Shown: piece by piece, positions 21,159 through 37,193 of the stretch
How the letters are laid out: every line of letters begins with the position of its first letter
Numbering within the stretch: position 1 is the first letter of the stretch
Source of the DNA: an uncultured Gammaproteobacteria bacterium
Lineage (GTDB): Bacteria; Pseudomonadota; Gammaproteobacteria; GCA-002705445; GCA-002716945
Length of the DNA stretch: 64,000 nucleotides
Reading direction: 5' to 3'
Assembly: GCA_913048065.1 (NCBI GenBank)
Contig: CAJWVG010000001.1
Location: forward strand, 11,225 to 75,224
Translations under genes and position numbers: made by a program
The notes under the pieces: generated by a model
What the model was told of the DNA's origin: nothing
Databases searched by the model: none
Seen by the model: the letters and a program-made list of their open reading frames with translations, nothing else

Positions 21159-23023
21159 GCTTACTTCAAATATCTGATCCTTCTAAAACGAATGACGAAT
21201 TAAAAAAATTTGTTGTTGGAATAGATTTAGGCACTACAAATTCTTTAGTAGCAACATATTATGAAGACTGCGATATCTTTGATGATAGATTAAAAGTTTA
21301 TAAAGATAACTCCTCTGGCTTAATTCCATCTGTTGTTTCTATTGATCAATCTGGAAATATTATGGTTGGTGTCGAAGCAGTCAATAATTTAGATAAAACG
21401 AATACCACATATATTTCTTCAATAAAGAGAATAATGGGCTTGTCATACCAAGACATGAAAAGTATAGAATTTATCAATGATTTGAAAATTATAAATGGAA
21501 AAAATAACCTTCCATATATTGATGTATATAATAATAGATATTCTGCAGTTGAGATTTCCTCTAAAATACTCTCTCATCTTAAGAAAATAGCTGAGTCCCA
21601 AGAGAATAAATCTCTTGATGGCGCAGTTATTACTGTTCCTGCGTATTTTAATGATGTACAGAGGCAAGCAACTAAAAATGCTGCTAAATTATCTGGAATT
21701 AATGTTTTGCGTTTATTAAATGAACCTACTGCAGCCGCTCTGGCGTATGGTCTCGAATCTGAAGAAACAGGCTCATTCATCGTTTATGACTTTGGTGGCG
21801 GTACATTTGATGTATCTGTTTTGTCATTAGAAAAAGGTTTATTTAAGGTTCTATCTACTGATGGAGACACTAATCTTGGAGGTGATGATATTGACAATAT
21901 ATTGAGTTATTGGTTGATTGATAATTTTCTGTTTCTAAAAAACTATAAATTTAGCAAAGTTAAGGAAATTGCAAAATCACTAAAAGAATCAATTTCATCA
22001 ATAAATGATGATGAATGTTCCTCAATCACTATTGATAATCATGATATAGTTTTACCTAAAAAAATATTTCATGAACTTATTAACCCAATATTAGATAGAA
22101 CTTTTAATATTGTTAAAAATGCTATTTTTGAATCGAAACTCGCTCCAGCAGATATTAAAAATATTATACTAGTTGGTGGCTCAACTCGCATAAAATGCAT
22201 TAAAGAGTTATTAACTAATAAATTTAAATGTAACGTTCTTAATGATATAGATCCTGATAAAGTCGTTGCCCATGGTGCTGCTATTCAAGCATCATTATTA
22301 TCAGGTAACAATAAAGAGAATATTCTTTTATTGGATGTTCTCCCACTATCATTAGGTATTGAGACATATGGAGGCCTAGCAGAGAAAATTATTACACGAA
22401 ATACACCTATTCCAATTAAACTTAGAAAAACATTTACAACATTTAAGGATGGGCAGTCTAAATTATTAATAAATGTGGTTCAAGGTGAGCGTGAACTTGT
22501 TGAAGACTGTAATTCACTTGGTGAATTTATTTTAAAAGATATTCCGTCTATGGTTGCAGGTGGTCCTAGAATAGATGTAGATTTTCAAATTGATGCAGAT
22601 GGTATTTTATCAGTTTCTGCTACTGAAACTACAACTGGAAATTCATCTTTTATTGAAATAAAGCCATCATATGGTTTAACTGAAGCAGATATAACTAGAA
22701 TGATAAATGAATCTAACAATAGTGCTGAAGTAGATGTACAATTGAGAAAACTTAATGAATCAATAGTTGAAGGGAAAAGAGTTATTTATGCTCTAGAACA
22801 AGCGCTTAAAAGTGATGGCAAAGAGCTTTTATCTAAAGATGAATTTAATATAATAACTGATAAGCTGCAATCACTAAAATTAAGTATAACGTCTGAGGAC
22901 TCAGTACTCATTGAGAAAAATATTAATGAGCTTGAAAAAGAATCAGAATTTTATGTTGAACGAAGAATGAATAACAGCATAAAGTCATTCATTGCAGGTA
23001 AAGGTATAGATGATATACTGTAA
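21155..23023 (+). CDS. hscA: chaperone HscA (Hsp70 family)
   Basis: [12 protein letters not shown] and DLGGGTFD motifs. Confidence 0.95.
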   Translation: MSLLQISDPSKTNDELKKFVVGIDLGTTNSLVATYYEDCDIFDDRLKVYKDNSSGLIPSVVSIDQSGNIMVGVEAVNNLDKTNTTYISSIKRIMGLSYQDMKSIEFINDLKIINGKNNLPYIDVYNNRYSAVEISSKILSHLKKIAESQENKSLDGAVITVPAYFNDVQRQATKNAAKLSGINVLRLLNEPTAAALAYGLESEETGSFIVYDFGGGTFDVSVLSLEKGLFKVLSTDGDTNLGGDDIDNILSYWLIDNFLFLKNYKFSKVKEIAKSLKESISSINDDECSSITIDNHDIVLPKKIFHELINPILDRTFNIVKNAIFESKLAPADIKNIILVGGSTRIKCIKELLTNKFKCNVLNDIDPDKVVAHGAAIQASLLSGNNKENILLLDVLPLSLGIETYGGLAEKIITRNTPIPIKLRKTFTTFKDGQSKLLINVVQGERELVEDCNSLGEFILKDIPSMVAGGPRIDVDFQIDADGILSVSATETTTGNSSFIEIKPSYGLTEADITRMINESNNSAEVDVQLRKLNESIVEGKRVIYALEQALKSDGKELLSKDEFNIITDKLQSLKLSITSEDSVLIEKNINELEKESEFYVERRMNNSIKSFIAGKGIDDIL

Positions 23024-23029
23024 AACGAA

Positions 23030-23368
23030 ATGCCAAAGATAACTTTTTTGCCAAATGCAGATATATGCCCAGAAGGAATTACTATTGAAGTCCCTAAAGG
23101 TACAAGTATATGTAGAGCAGCCTTAGATCATGGGATACCTTTAGAGCACGCATGCGAACTATCCTGTGCTTGTACAACGTGTCATGTATATGTTACAAAG
23201 GGGCTGGAGTCATTATCAGATGCTACTGAAGACGAGGATGATTATCTTGATAAAGCTTGGGGGTTACAATCAAATTCTCGTTTAAGTTGCCAAGCTATTA
23301 TAAATGATGAAGACCTGATAGTAGAGATTCCTAGATATACAATTAATCATGCATCAGAGAGACATTAA
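23030..23368 (+). CDS. fdx: [2Fe-2S] ferredoxin of the isc operon
   Basis: Adrenodoxin-type Cys pattern CxxxxxCxxC...C. Confidence 0.9.
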   Translation: MPKITFLPNADICPEGITIEVPKGTSICRAALDHGIPLEHACELSCACTTCHVYVTKGLESLSDATEDEDDYLDKAWGLQSNSRLSCQAIINDEDLIVEIPRYTINHASERH

Positions 23369-23565
23369 TGGAATTAAAATGGACAGATAGTATTGATATC
23401 GCAATTTTATTAGATGAGAAATTTCCTGATATTGATCCAAAGACGATTAGATTTACTGATTTACATCAGTGGGTATGTAATCTTGAAGAATTTGAAGATG
23501 ATCCTGATAAGTCAAATGAAAAAATATTAGAAGCCATTCAAATGGCTTGGATCGAGGAGAAATAA
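23368..23565 (+). CDS. iscX: Fe-S assembly protein IscX (YfhJ)
   Basis: [15 protein letters not shown]...FTDLHQWV. Small acidic protein downstream of fdx. Confidence 0.8.
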   Translation: MELKWTDSIDIAILLDEKFPDIDPKTIRFTDLHQWVCNLEEFEDDPDKSNEKILEAIQMAWIEEK

Positions 23566-23973
23566 GTGGCAATTGAAAAAACTCTTTCTATAATAAAGCC
23601 AGACGCAGTTAAACGAAACTTGATTGGCAATATAATCAACAAAATTGAAGAACAAGATCTTGTTCCAATAGAAATGAAAATGTTACAATTATCAGAAAAG
23701 GAATCTTCTAAGTTTTATGAAATACATAAAGAAAAACCCTTTTTTACCCAGTTAGTAGACTATATGACATCTGGTAAAATTTTAGTTATGGTTTTAGAAG
23801 GTGATAATGCAGTGAATAAATATAGAGATTTGATAGGTTCAACAGACCCAAATAAAGCTAAAGAAGGAAGCATAAGAAAATTATACGCATTAAATACAAC
23901 ACAAAATTCTGTACATGCTTCAGATAGTTTAGAAAATGCTAAACGCGAAATAGAATTTTTTTTTAATATATAA
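23566..23973 (+). CDS. ndk: nucleoside diphosphate kinase (GTG start)
   Basis: ERTLSIIKPDAV and NxxHASD motifs. Confidence 0.9.
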   Translation: MAIEKTLSIIKPDAVKRNLIGNIINKIEEQDLVPIEMKMLQLSEKESSKFYEIHKEKPFFTQLVDYMTSGKILVMVLEGDNAVNKYRDLIGSTDPNKAKEGSIRKLYALNTTQNSVHASDSLENAKREIEFFFNI

Positions 23974-23976
23974 AAT

Positions 23977-25326
23977 ATGACAAAAAACACCATTCAGTCA
24001 ATTAAAGGTTTCAAAGATATTTTACCAGACGAGGTTGGTTATTATGACTTTATCGAAAATGTTATTGCACATGTCACAGAACAATATTCTGTGAGTCAAA
24101 TCAGAGTCCCCATTATTGAAAAAACTGAGTTATTTAATAGATCAATTGGAAATGATACTGATATCGTTAATAAAGAGATGTATGATTTTATTGACAAGAA
24201 TGGAGATTCAATTTGCTTAAGACCTGAGGGTACAGTTTCTATAATCAGATGTGCTTTAGAACATAATCTTATTTATGACAGAGGAGTTAAGAAGCAGAAA
24301 TTCTGGTATTACGGACCTATGTTTCGTCATGAAAAACCACAAAGAGGTAGATTTAGACAATTTAATCAATTTGGCATCGAATACTTTGGGTTTAAAAACA
24401 CTGAAAGTGATATTGAGATAATTTTTTTATTAAATCTAATCTTTGAGAGATTATCCATTGATAATGGAATTACTTTGCATATTAATTCCCTAGGAACAAA
24501 AGAAGATCGCCTTAATTATAAAAATATTATTAAGCAGCATATTGATAAAAATATTGGAAAACTTGATGATAACCAAAAAAAGACTCTCAAAAATAATCCA
24601 CTGAGATTACTAGATAGTAAGAGCGAAAATATGATAGATATTCTAGAGGGAATACCTCCTCTATATGATATATTGTCAACGGAATCTAAAAGTCGATATG
24701 ATTTGTTATTAAAGAAACTTGATAGTATGAAAATCCAATATATTCATAATAATACTATTGTTCGCGGTTTAGATTACTATAATGACACTGTTTTTGAATG
24801 GAGACATGAACTTTTGGGAAGTCAGAATGCTATTTGTGCTGGAGGACGATATGATAATTTGGTTGAAGAGCTTAATCAAACGCCTGTGCCAGCGATTGGC
24901 TTTGCAATGGGTATAGAAAGAATAGTTGAGATACTAAAACATGTTAATCAAAGTCTGTCCGAGATATATAATATAATACCCATTATTAATATAACTTCCG
25001 AAAATAATACTTATTGTGCTTTACAATGCCGTGAATTAAGAGAAATAATGCCACAAAAAAGATTCTTCAATACAGATTCAACATCAAGTCTATCCTCACA
25101 ACTAAAACATGCAATGAAAATGAATAGTCATTTTATTATATTAATTACAGATGAAAACATTAAGGATAGTAGTTTTACAGTTAAAACTCATGCTAACAAA
25201 ATGAATGATATAATAGTTACTAAGGATAAATTATTAGAGATGCTATCAAAACTGCATGACGATGATTGTTCGGTACAAGATGAACTAGATGATGATTTTG
25301 AGACGCCGGGAGAACCAGATGAGTAG
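23977..25326 (+). CDS. hisS: histidine--tRNA ligase
   Basis: N-terminal IQSIKGFKDILPDEVGYY, class II motifs, 449 aa. Confidence 0.95.
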   Translation: MTKNTIQSIKGFKDILPDEVGYYDFIENVIAHVTEQYSVSQIRVPIIEKTELFNRSIGNDTDIVNKEMYDFIDKNGDSICLRPEGTVSIIRCALEHNLIYDRGVKKQKFWYYGPMFRHEKPQRGRFRQFNQFGIEYFGFKNTESDIEIIFLLNLIFERLSIDNGITLHINSLGTKEDRLNYKNIIKQHIDKNIGKLDDNQKKTLKNNPLRLLDSKSENMIDILEGIPPLYDILSTESKSRYDLLLKKLDSMKIQYIHNNTIVRGLDYYNDTVFEWRHELLGSQNAICAGGRYDNLVEELNQTPVPAIGFAMGIERIVEILKHVNQSLSEIYNIIPIINITSENNTYCALQCRELREIMPQKRFFNTDSTSSLSSQLKHAMKMNSHFIILITDENIKDSSFTVKTHANKMNDIIVTKDKLLEMLSKLHDDDCSVQDELDDDFETPGEPDE

Positions 25327-25936
25327 ACAGTATAATGAAGATGAAGATAAGCTTATTACCTGGTTTAAAGAAAATATCAAAAATATAGTATATGGAGTTA
25401 TTATAGGCTTATCTTTAATTTTAAGTTTTCAATACTATGAAAATTCTAAATCTAATAAACAATATGAACTATCTTTAGAATATCAAAATGTAATTGATCA
25501 GTACGAAGACAGTAACTATAAAGAAGTTATTATTGTCTCTGAGAAGTTTAAAAAAAATTATCCTACCAATATATATACTGCGATGATTGGTCTTTATGAA
25601 GCTAAGATTCATCATGAAAATAAAGAATACAATAAATCTTTAAATGCCCTAGATTTTATAATTAATAATAGCCAATCAAAAGAAATTATCACTATTGCAC
25701 AAATAAGATATGCCAGATTACTTGTTTTAATGAATGAGCAAAAAAATGCAAAAATATTTATAATGTCAATACCATATTATAAAAATAATCCTTTGATGAT
25801 AGAAATATTAGGCGATATAGAATATCATGGTAATAATATTATAGGCGCTAAAAAATATTATGAATCTTCTTTGAGTCAAAATTTAACACCCAACAAGCGT
25901 AAAATTATTGAAAATAAACTTAATTCTATAAACTAA
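25319..25936 (+). CDS. yfgM: YfgM-like TPR membrane protein (ancillary SecYEG-associated)
   Basis: N-terminal TM followed by TPR-like repeats. Conserved hisS-yfgM-bamB-der order. The start is set at the ATG overlapping the hisS stop. Confidence 0.7.
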   Translation: MSRQYNEDEDKLITWFKENIKNIVYGVIIGLSLILSFQYYENSKSNKQYELSLEYQNVIDQYEDSNYKEVIIVSEKFKKNYPTNIYTAMIGLYEAKIHHENKEYNKSLNALDFIINNSQSKEIITIAQIRYARLLVLMNEQKNAKIFIMSIPYYKNNPLMIEILGDIEYHGNNIIGAKKYYESSLSQNLTPNKRKIIENKLNSIN

Positions 25937-25942
25937 GCTATT

Positions 25943-27178
25943 ATGAATAAAATATTACCTCTTTTGTTTTCATTCTTTATAACGAGTTGTTCTTACAACT
26001 CGTTCATTACTGGTGAGTTTGTTGACTACATCCCCTTAATAAATATCAAAAATACATCATCTGTAATGGAGGAAAGGTCAACTATTGATGCTCAATTACT
26101 ATGGTCTATAGACATTGGTGAATCACGAGATTTCAAGACAGGGGTTTTACAACCTGCATTCAAAGATGATACCGCATATACTATTGACTCTGATGGATTG
26201 GTAACGTCTATAGATATACTGTCTGGTAATATTAATTGGAGATATAATCTAAATCTTAATGTATCTTCTGGGTTATGCGTTCATAATAACATGCTATTCT
26301 TTGGCACTAATGATGGTAATTTTTACGGCTATGCTATTAACAGATTAATGTCTAAATATAGTTTTTTAGATAAAATTAATATTATTAATATGCTTGATAA
26401 GTCAGAAATTGATCCAGATGTCCTAATTCAGCTTAAAAGCGAAGCATCATCTGCTGCAATTGGTGTTGATAATTTGGTATATATTAAATTAGATGATGGT
26501 GATACCACGGCTATAAATATTAATAATTCAGAAATTGAGTGGAACTATAAAGGAAAAAATGTTCCTCTTAGCATTAAAGGTTCAGGGGCTATTGCCCAAT
26601 ATAGCGATAATATCTATATACCTAGAGATGATGGTAATATAATATCTTTAAAAAATGACACAGGTAAATTAAACTGGCTCACAACTATATCACCCAGATC
26701 AGGAAGAAACGAGCTTGAATCATTAAGAGATATAGAAATGACACCAATTATTAGTGATGGTTCATTATTTGTTGGTTCTTATCAAGGAAATTTAGTTTCT
26801 ATAGATATCTTTACTGGTGATATATTTTGGACTAAATCAATGTCTGTTTTATCAAACTTAAGCGTAGATGATAAAAATGTTTATGTTTCAGATAATTCTA
26901 GTAATGTATATGCAATTGATAAATATAGCGGTCGTAATATTTGGAAAACAAGTATGAATGGAAGTGTTAATTCTACACAACAGTTTCTATATGATAAATA
27001 CACAGTTAGCCTTAGTAATGAAGGTCATATCATTATAATAGATAAGGCGAATGGAAAGCTTCTGTCGTTTAAAACATTAATAGGAGATGTAGATTCACAA
27101 GCCAGAGGCGTTATGCGTGATAAAATACTTTATATCGCAAGCAAAGATGGTAGACTCAACGCAATTAAAATAAATTAG
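25943..27178 (+). CDS. bamB: outer membrane protein assembly factor BamB (PQQ beta-propeller lipoprotein)
   Basis: Lipobox FFITSC and repeated PQQ-like blades. Confidence 0.85.
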   Translation: MNKILPLLFSFFITSCSYNSFITGEFVDYIPLINIKNTSSVMEERSTIDAQLLWSIDIGESRDFKTGVLQPAFKDDTAYTIDSDGLVTSIDILSGNINWRYNLNLNVSSGLCVHNNMLFFGTNDGNFYGYAINRLMSKYSFLDKINIINMLDKSEIDPDVLIQLKSEASSAAIGVDNLVYIKLDDGDTTAININNSEIEWNYKGKNVPLSIKGSGAIAQYSDNIYIPRDDGNIISLKNDTGKLNWLTTISPRSGRNELESLRDIEMTPIISDGSLFVGSYQGNLVSIDIFTGDIFWTKSMSVLSNLSVDDKNVYVSDNSSNVYAIDKYSGRNIWKTSMNGSVNSTQQFLYDKYTVSLSNEGHIIIIDKANGKLLSFKTLIGDVDSQARGVMRDKILYIASKDGRLNAIKIN

Positions 27179-27186
27179 TTGAAAAA

Positions 27187-28497
27187 ATGAATGAATCAAT
27201 TGCTATTGTTGGCAGAACTAATGTTGGAAAATCACTGCTATTTAATAAACTAACCAAGGCTAGAAAATCACTAGTGGCAGATTATCATGGTGTTACCAGA
27301 GATATCAATACTGGCTATATGCAATATAAAAATAAAAATATTTATATCGAGGATACTGGAGGTATACCTGGAAGCTTTGATGATTTTAGTAAACTAATAA
27401 TAAACAAAGCTTCTAATTCAATCTCAAAAGCTAGTTTAATTGTATTTGTAGTATCAGCTAGTGATGGTCTTACAAACCAAGACTATGATATATGTAAAAT
27501 GTTAAGGAAACTTAATCGTCAGATTATTCTAGTCATCAATAAATGTGATTTAACAAAAAAATCTCAGCCGATTAGTGAATTTTACAAATTAGGTATTAAA
27601 GAAGTATTTATTATATCAGCCAAAAATAATATTGGATTAGATGAGTTAAGAAATAGACTAATAATTATTAAATCTTCTAAATTTATTGAACAAAAAAATA
27701 TATTTAGAAGAATATCCATAGTTGGTAAACCAAATGCTGGAAAATCAACATTAGTTAATAACTTATTAAATGAGGAGAGAATGATTATCTCGGACATGGC
27801 TGGCACCACAGTAGATGCTATTGAGATTCCTTTCACTTTTAAGAATAATAATTTTTTGCTCTACGATACTGCAGGCATCACGCGTAAATCTAAAACTTTG
27901 TCAACCCTTCAGAAATTTAGCATAGGCTCAACACTGGATACTATTAAAACTACAGATATTTGTATATTTATGATTGACGCCCAAGAGGGAGTTACAAAAC
28001 AAGATAAAACTATATTGAATATTATAAAAAAATATAATAAGGCCTTTATAATAGTCTTGAATAAAATAGATAATAAGTCTAAACAAGAAATCAAAGAATT
28101 GAAAAAAGAATTAGAATATTTTTCAAATATTGTAGATAATGCATCAATTATTTTAATATCTGCTTTAAATAATATAAATATTAAGAAGCTATTACATACA
28201 GTTGGAAAGATTTCATATTCTATTTATAAGAGATATAAATCGTCTTTACTGACGAATATTTTAAATATGGCTACAGATGAACATCAGCCTCCAATGATTA
28301 ATAATAGAAGGATTAAGTTAAAATTTGCTCAACAAGCTAAATCTGATTCGCTATCAATTATTATATTTGGAAATCAGACTGATAAACTACCCATATCATA
28401 TGAAAAATATCTTAAGAACTTCTATATTGATAAATTAAATCTCATCGGGATCCCTATAAAAATTACCTTATCTAAACAAAAAAACCCATTCGAATGA
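27187..28497 (+). CDS. der: ribosome biogenesis GTPase Der (EngA)
   Basis: Two tandem G domains, GRTNVGKS and GKPNAGKS, plus a KH-like C-terminus. Confidence 0.95.
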   Translation: MNESIAIVGRTNVGKSLLFNKLTKARKSLVADYHGVTRDINTGYMQYKNKNIYIEDTGGIPGSFDDFSKLIINKASNSISKASLIVFVVSASDGLTNQDYDICKMLRKLNRQIILVINKCDLTKKSQPISEFYKLGIKEVFIISAKNNIGLDELRNRLIIIKSSKFIEQKNIFRRISIVGKPNAGKSTLVNNLLNEERMIISDMAGTTVDAIEIPFTFKNNNFLLYDTAGITRKSKTLSTLQKFSIGSTLDTIKTTDICIFMIDAQEGVTKQDKTILNIIKKYNKAFIIVLNKIDNKSKQEIKELKKELEYFSNIVDNASIILISALNNINIKKLLHTVGKISYSIYKRYKSSLLTNILNMATDEHQPPMINNRRIKLKFAQQAKSDSLSIIIFGNQTDKLPISYEKYLKNFYIDKLNLIGIPIKITLSKQKNPFE

Positions 28498-28507
28498 ATG
28501 GGTTTTT
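28476..28507. terminator. bidirectional rho-independent terminator between der and the DUF4242 gene
   Basis: Stem CCCATTC/GAATGGG with a 4-nt loop, flanked by an A-run on one side and TTTTT on the other. Confidence 0.6.
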
Positions 28508-28525
28508 AATTTATAGTGAAGTATA

Positions 28526-28798
28526 TTATTCAGCTGTCTTTGGGCTGATGATATTCTTAACTTCAGATATCTTGTTTGCTGGGAAACCACCTGTTGAGGC
28601 ATGGTCTTTTATTAGCTGTTCATTATCAGCATTGTATACACAGTAAACTTTATCACCAGTCACATAACTATGAACCCATTCAATCCCTGTTCCCATATCT
28701 TTTAATATTCCACATGATTTTTGTGAAATACCTTGAAGATCAGATTGTCCTAAATCTCCAGCTCCTGGAATATCTCTTTCTATTACATATTGCGGCAT
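28526..28798 (-). CDS. DUF4242 (SCO4226-like) small protein
   Basis: MPQYVIERDIPGAG...ISQKSCGIL...GGFPANKISEV matches the DUF4242 family as I recall it. A strong SD AAGGAGGGG lies 8 nt upstream. GC content is higher than in neighbouring genes. Confidence 0.6.
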   Translation of the reverse strand: MPQYVIERDIPGAGDLGQSDLQGISQKSCGILKDMGTGIEWVHSYVTGDKVYCVYNADNEQLIKDHASTGGFPANKISEVKNIISPKTAE

Positions 28799-28849
28799 AA
28801 TTACCCCTCCTTAATATTTATAATATGAACTATTTTGCTATGTATCGCC

Positions 28850-29698
28850 TTAATCTTCAAGAGAAAAATATCTAATTATTCTATGATTAAGAAATATCTC
28901 TGGATCAATATAAGTTTTATTTAGCATTACAGACCAATGTAGGTGTGGTCCAGCTGAGGCCCCACTATTACCAACTTTGCCAATGACCTCACCCTTTGTT
29001 ATTATCTGCCCAGTCTCTACAAGTATTTTATCTAAATGAATAAAAATACTTTTAAGACCTTTACCATGATCTAGATATATGAATTTACCGTTATAGTAAT
29101 AATCACCGGTTAATATAACTTTACCTGATGATGGAGATAATATATGTGTCCCTGTTGGTGCGGCAATATCTAAACCATTATGATAATTTCCTTCTTCATT
29201 ATTATAAAACCTCTTAGTACCATATGTTCCTGTGGTAATTCCGTCAACTGGCTTTATAAATTTTATGTCAGGATTAGAGTTTAGCCACATCTCTTTTGCT
29301 CGAGATATATTTGCTCTTTCTTTTTCTATTCTTGATAAAGTATTCGTACTCGGTGATATATATTTATTTGCAATCTTTATATATTGTGTATCAAACTTTT
29401 TTGATTTTAGATTCATTCTTATAAATCTTTTTTGATTGTTTGCTGTAACTTCAACTGTATGAGCACCTATTTTTGTATTATACGGGATTCCATATAATAA
29501 ATAATACTTTTGATTAAACTCTACAGTAGTTAATCTATTTGAGTCGTGCATAATATGCATTTGAGAGTCTTTTTCTGAGATTTCCTCTAAGTAAAGACCG
29601 CCTTGTCTTATGACTTGCTCAGTCTCAGCATGAGCAACTTGAATTAATTGTAAAATAAATATATTTATCAATAAATAAAATAGTCTAAATATCCTCAT
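28850..29698 (-). CDS. M23 family murein endopeptidase
   Basis: HNGLDIAAPTGT and GPHLHWSVM zinc-ligand motifs; N-terminal signal peptide. Confidence 0.85.
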   Translation of the reverse strand: MRIFRLFYLLINIFILQLIQVAHAETEQVIRQGGLYLEEISEKDSQMHIMHDSNRLTTVEFNQKYYLLYGIPYNTKIGAHTVEVTANNQKRFIRMNLKSKKFDTQYIKIANKYISPSTNTLSRIEKERANISRAKEMWLNSNPDIKFIKPVDGITTGTYGTKRFYNNEEGNYHNGLDIAAPTGTHILSPSSGKVILTGDYYYNGKFIYLDHGKGLKSIFIHLDKILVETGQIITKGEVIGKVGNSGASAGPHLHWSVMLNKTYIDPEIFLNHRIIRYFSLED

Positions 29699-29702
29699 TT
29701 AA

Positions 29703-30086
29703 TTAGTCCAAGATATTATTTTTATCTTTCCAACCCTTTTTCGTATATTTCGTTGTAATTGTAGTAATAATACCGCCTCTGACTTTCCAATATCCTATTA
29801 CTGAGGCATATCTAGGTTTAATTAATTTCACAATATCTGATAAAACAGTATTTGTATTATCTTCATGAAATGCCCCTATGTCCCTATATGAGCTCATGTA
29901 TAATTTCAAAGATTTCAACTCCACACATAACTTATCAGGAACATAATTAATAACAAATTCTGCAAAATCAGGCTGTCCTGTTAGTGGACATAGACAGGTA
30001 AATTCAGGTATTTCCATAGTTATAAGATAATCCTCTTTGAGCTGAGGATTTTCGAAAGTATCTAGAATTTTATCTTTTGTTTGCAT
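29703..30086 (-). CDS. queF: NADPH-dependent 7-cyano-7-deazaguanine reductase, unimodular short type
   Basis: EFTCLCPLTGQPDFAEF with the catalytic Cys, and the QueF motif ELKSLKLY. AGGAG SD. Confidence 0.85.
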   Translation of the reverse strand: MQTKDKILDTFENPQLKEDYLITMEIPEFTCLCPLTGQPDFAEFVINYVPDKLCVELKSLKLYMSSYRDIGAFHEDNTNTVLSDIVKLIKPRYASVIGYWKVRGGIITTITTKYTKKGWKDKNNILD

Positions 30087-30151
30087 TATTGTTAACTCCT
30101 GATAGTAGTATTATACCTAAGATAATATTATAATCTATTTAAGGGTTTTCT

Positions 30152-35792
<5,641 letters not shown>

Positions 35793-35796
<4 letters not shown>

Positions 35797-37193
35797 AAAC
35801 TACCCGGAATTTTATTATTTGAATCTTCTTTATCAATTACGTTATCTTGTGAATCTAAGAATACAAGTATATCATAATATTGTCTAATATTCTGGACATA
35901 CTTAACAGTTTCCCATCCTCTCGCATAACCATATTTAGTTTGTTTATAATATTTTGACTGACTCAATTTCAAAATAAATGGCTCAATTGAAGTCCAGTCA
36001 TTGACTGTCACTCCATTTTTTTTTGCTAGGGCTATAGCATCCTCTACATGTCCGAATCCTATATTATATGATGCTATGGCAAACCATAATCTTTCTTCTT
36101 TGGGAATATTTTCTGGAATCTTACCTAAAAGTTCGCGTAGATATTTAGACCCACCTTGAATGCTTTCCTTGGGATTCGTCCTATCTTTTATCCCAAGATG
36201 TTTAGAGGTATCTTTGGTTAGCATCATTAAACCTCTAACACCTGTATAAGAAACAGCATCTTTATTCCAACGAGATTCTTGATATCCAATACTAGCTAAG
36301 AGTTTCCAATCATGATTATATTCTTTTGCATAAGTTTTAAAATAAAATTCATATAAAGGAAACACGGTCACCAGATCATTTAAGAAACTTCTTGTTCCTA
36401 CAAAAGTATATTGTAGTTTATCGCTAAAGTATTTTTTATAGATGAGACTTAACTTATTCACTTTCAACATTTCAGTAAAAAAAGCTGAAATACTTTTCTC
36501 TAATAGATTATTGGTATTTTTGGGTATAGCCCATGTCAATGGAACATTTTTTTTTATTTTAAAAGCTACTTCAAATTCCGGATAATATTTTTGGTATAAA
36601 TGTAGTTCATCAGAATTTACAATGGTAAAATCAATATTATTATCTTTTAATGAATGTATTAATTCGTCTATATTCTTTCTATCTGAGATAGTAAAATTAA
36701 CATTATCACCTAAAAAGCTTTCTAAATTATTTTTTATAATATGTGAATCTATAATTTCTATTTTTTTATTTATTAATTTAGATATAGATAAAGGTTGATT
36801 GTTATATTTTTTATTATAAATCAAATACTGATCTACTTTATGATATGGGTATGATAATTTAACATCCTGGTTAGTTCCCATATCAGCCAAAATATCAATA
36901 TCACGATTATTCAACATTTCAACAGCTTCATCTAAATCATCTATCGTCACAATATTCAGTTTTACATTTAGATATTTAGCATAAAGTTCCATTATTTCAA
37001 AGGTATAACCTATTTCTTTATCTTTAATCTGATAGTAACTTGTTGGACCAAATCTCACTGCAATCGTTATTTGGTTATTATCAATAATTCTTTGATAATC
37101 ATTTTTATCAAAAGGATGATAATCTTTTGCATAGAAAATGAAGATTATTACAGCAATAGATATAAAAAATATTCTTAATAAAAACTTTATCAT
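35793..37193 (-). CDS. mltF: membrane-bound lytic murein transglycosylase F
   Basis: N-terminal solute-binding-like domain plus a C-terminal SLT domain ([11 protein letters not shown]). Confidence 0.85.

Noticed and set aside
30087-30151. Possible preQ1 riboswitch upstream of queF
   Set aside because: The region is only 65 nt. It holds TATAAT boxes and an SD, but no preQ1 aptamer-like stem-loop with an A-rich tail.
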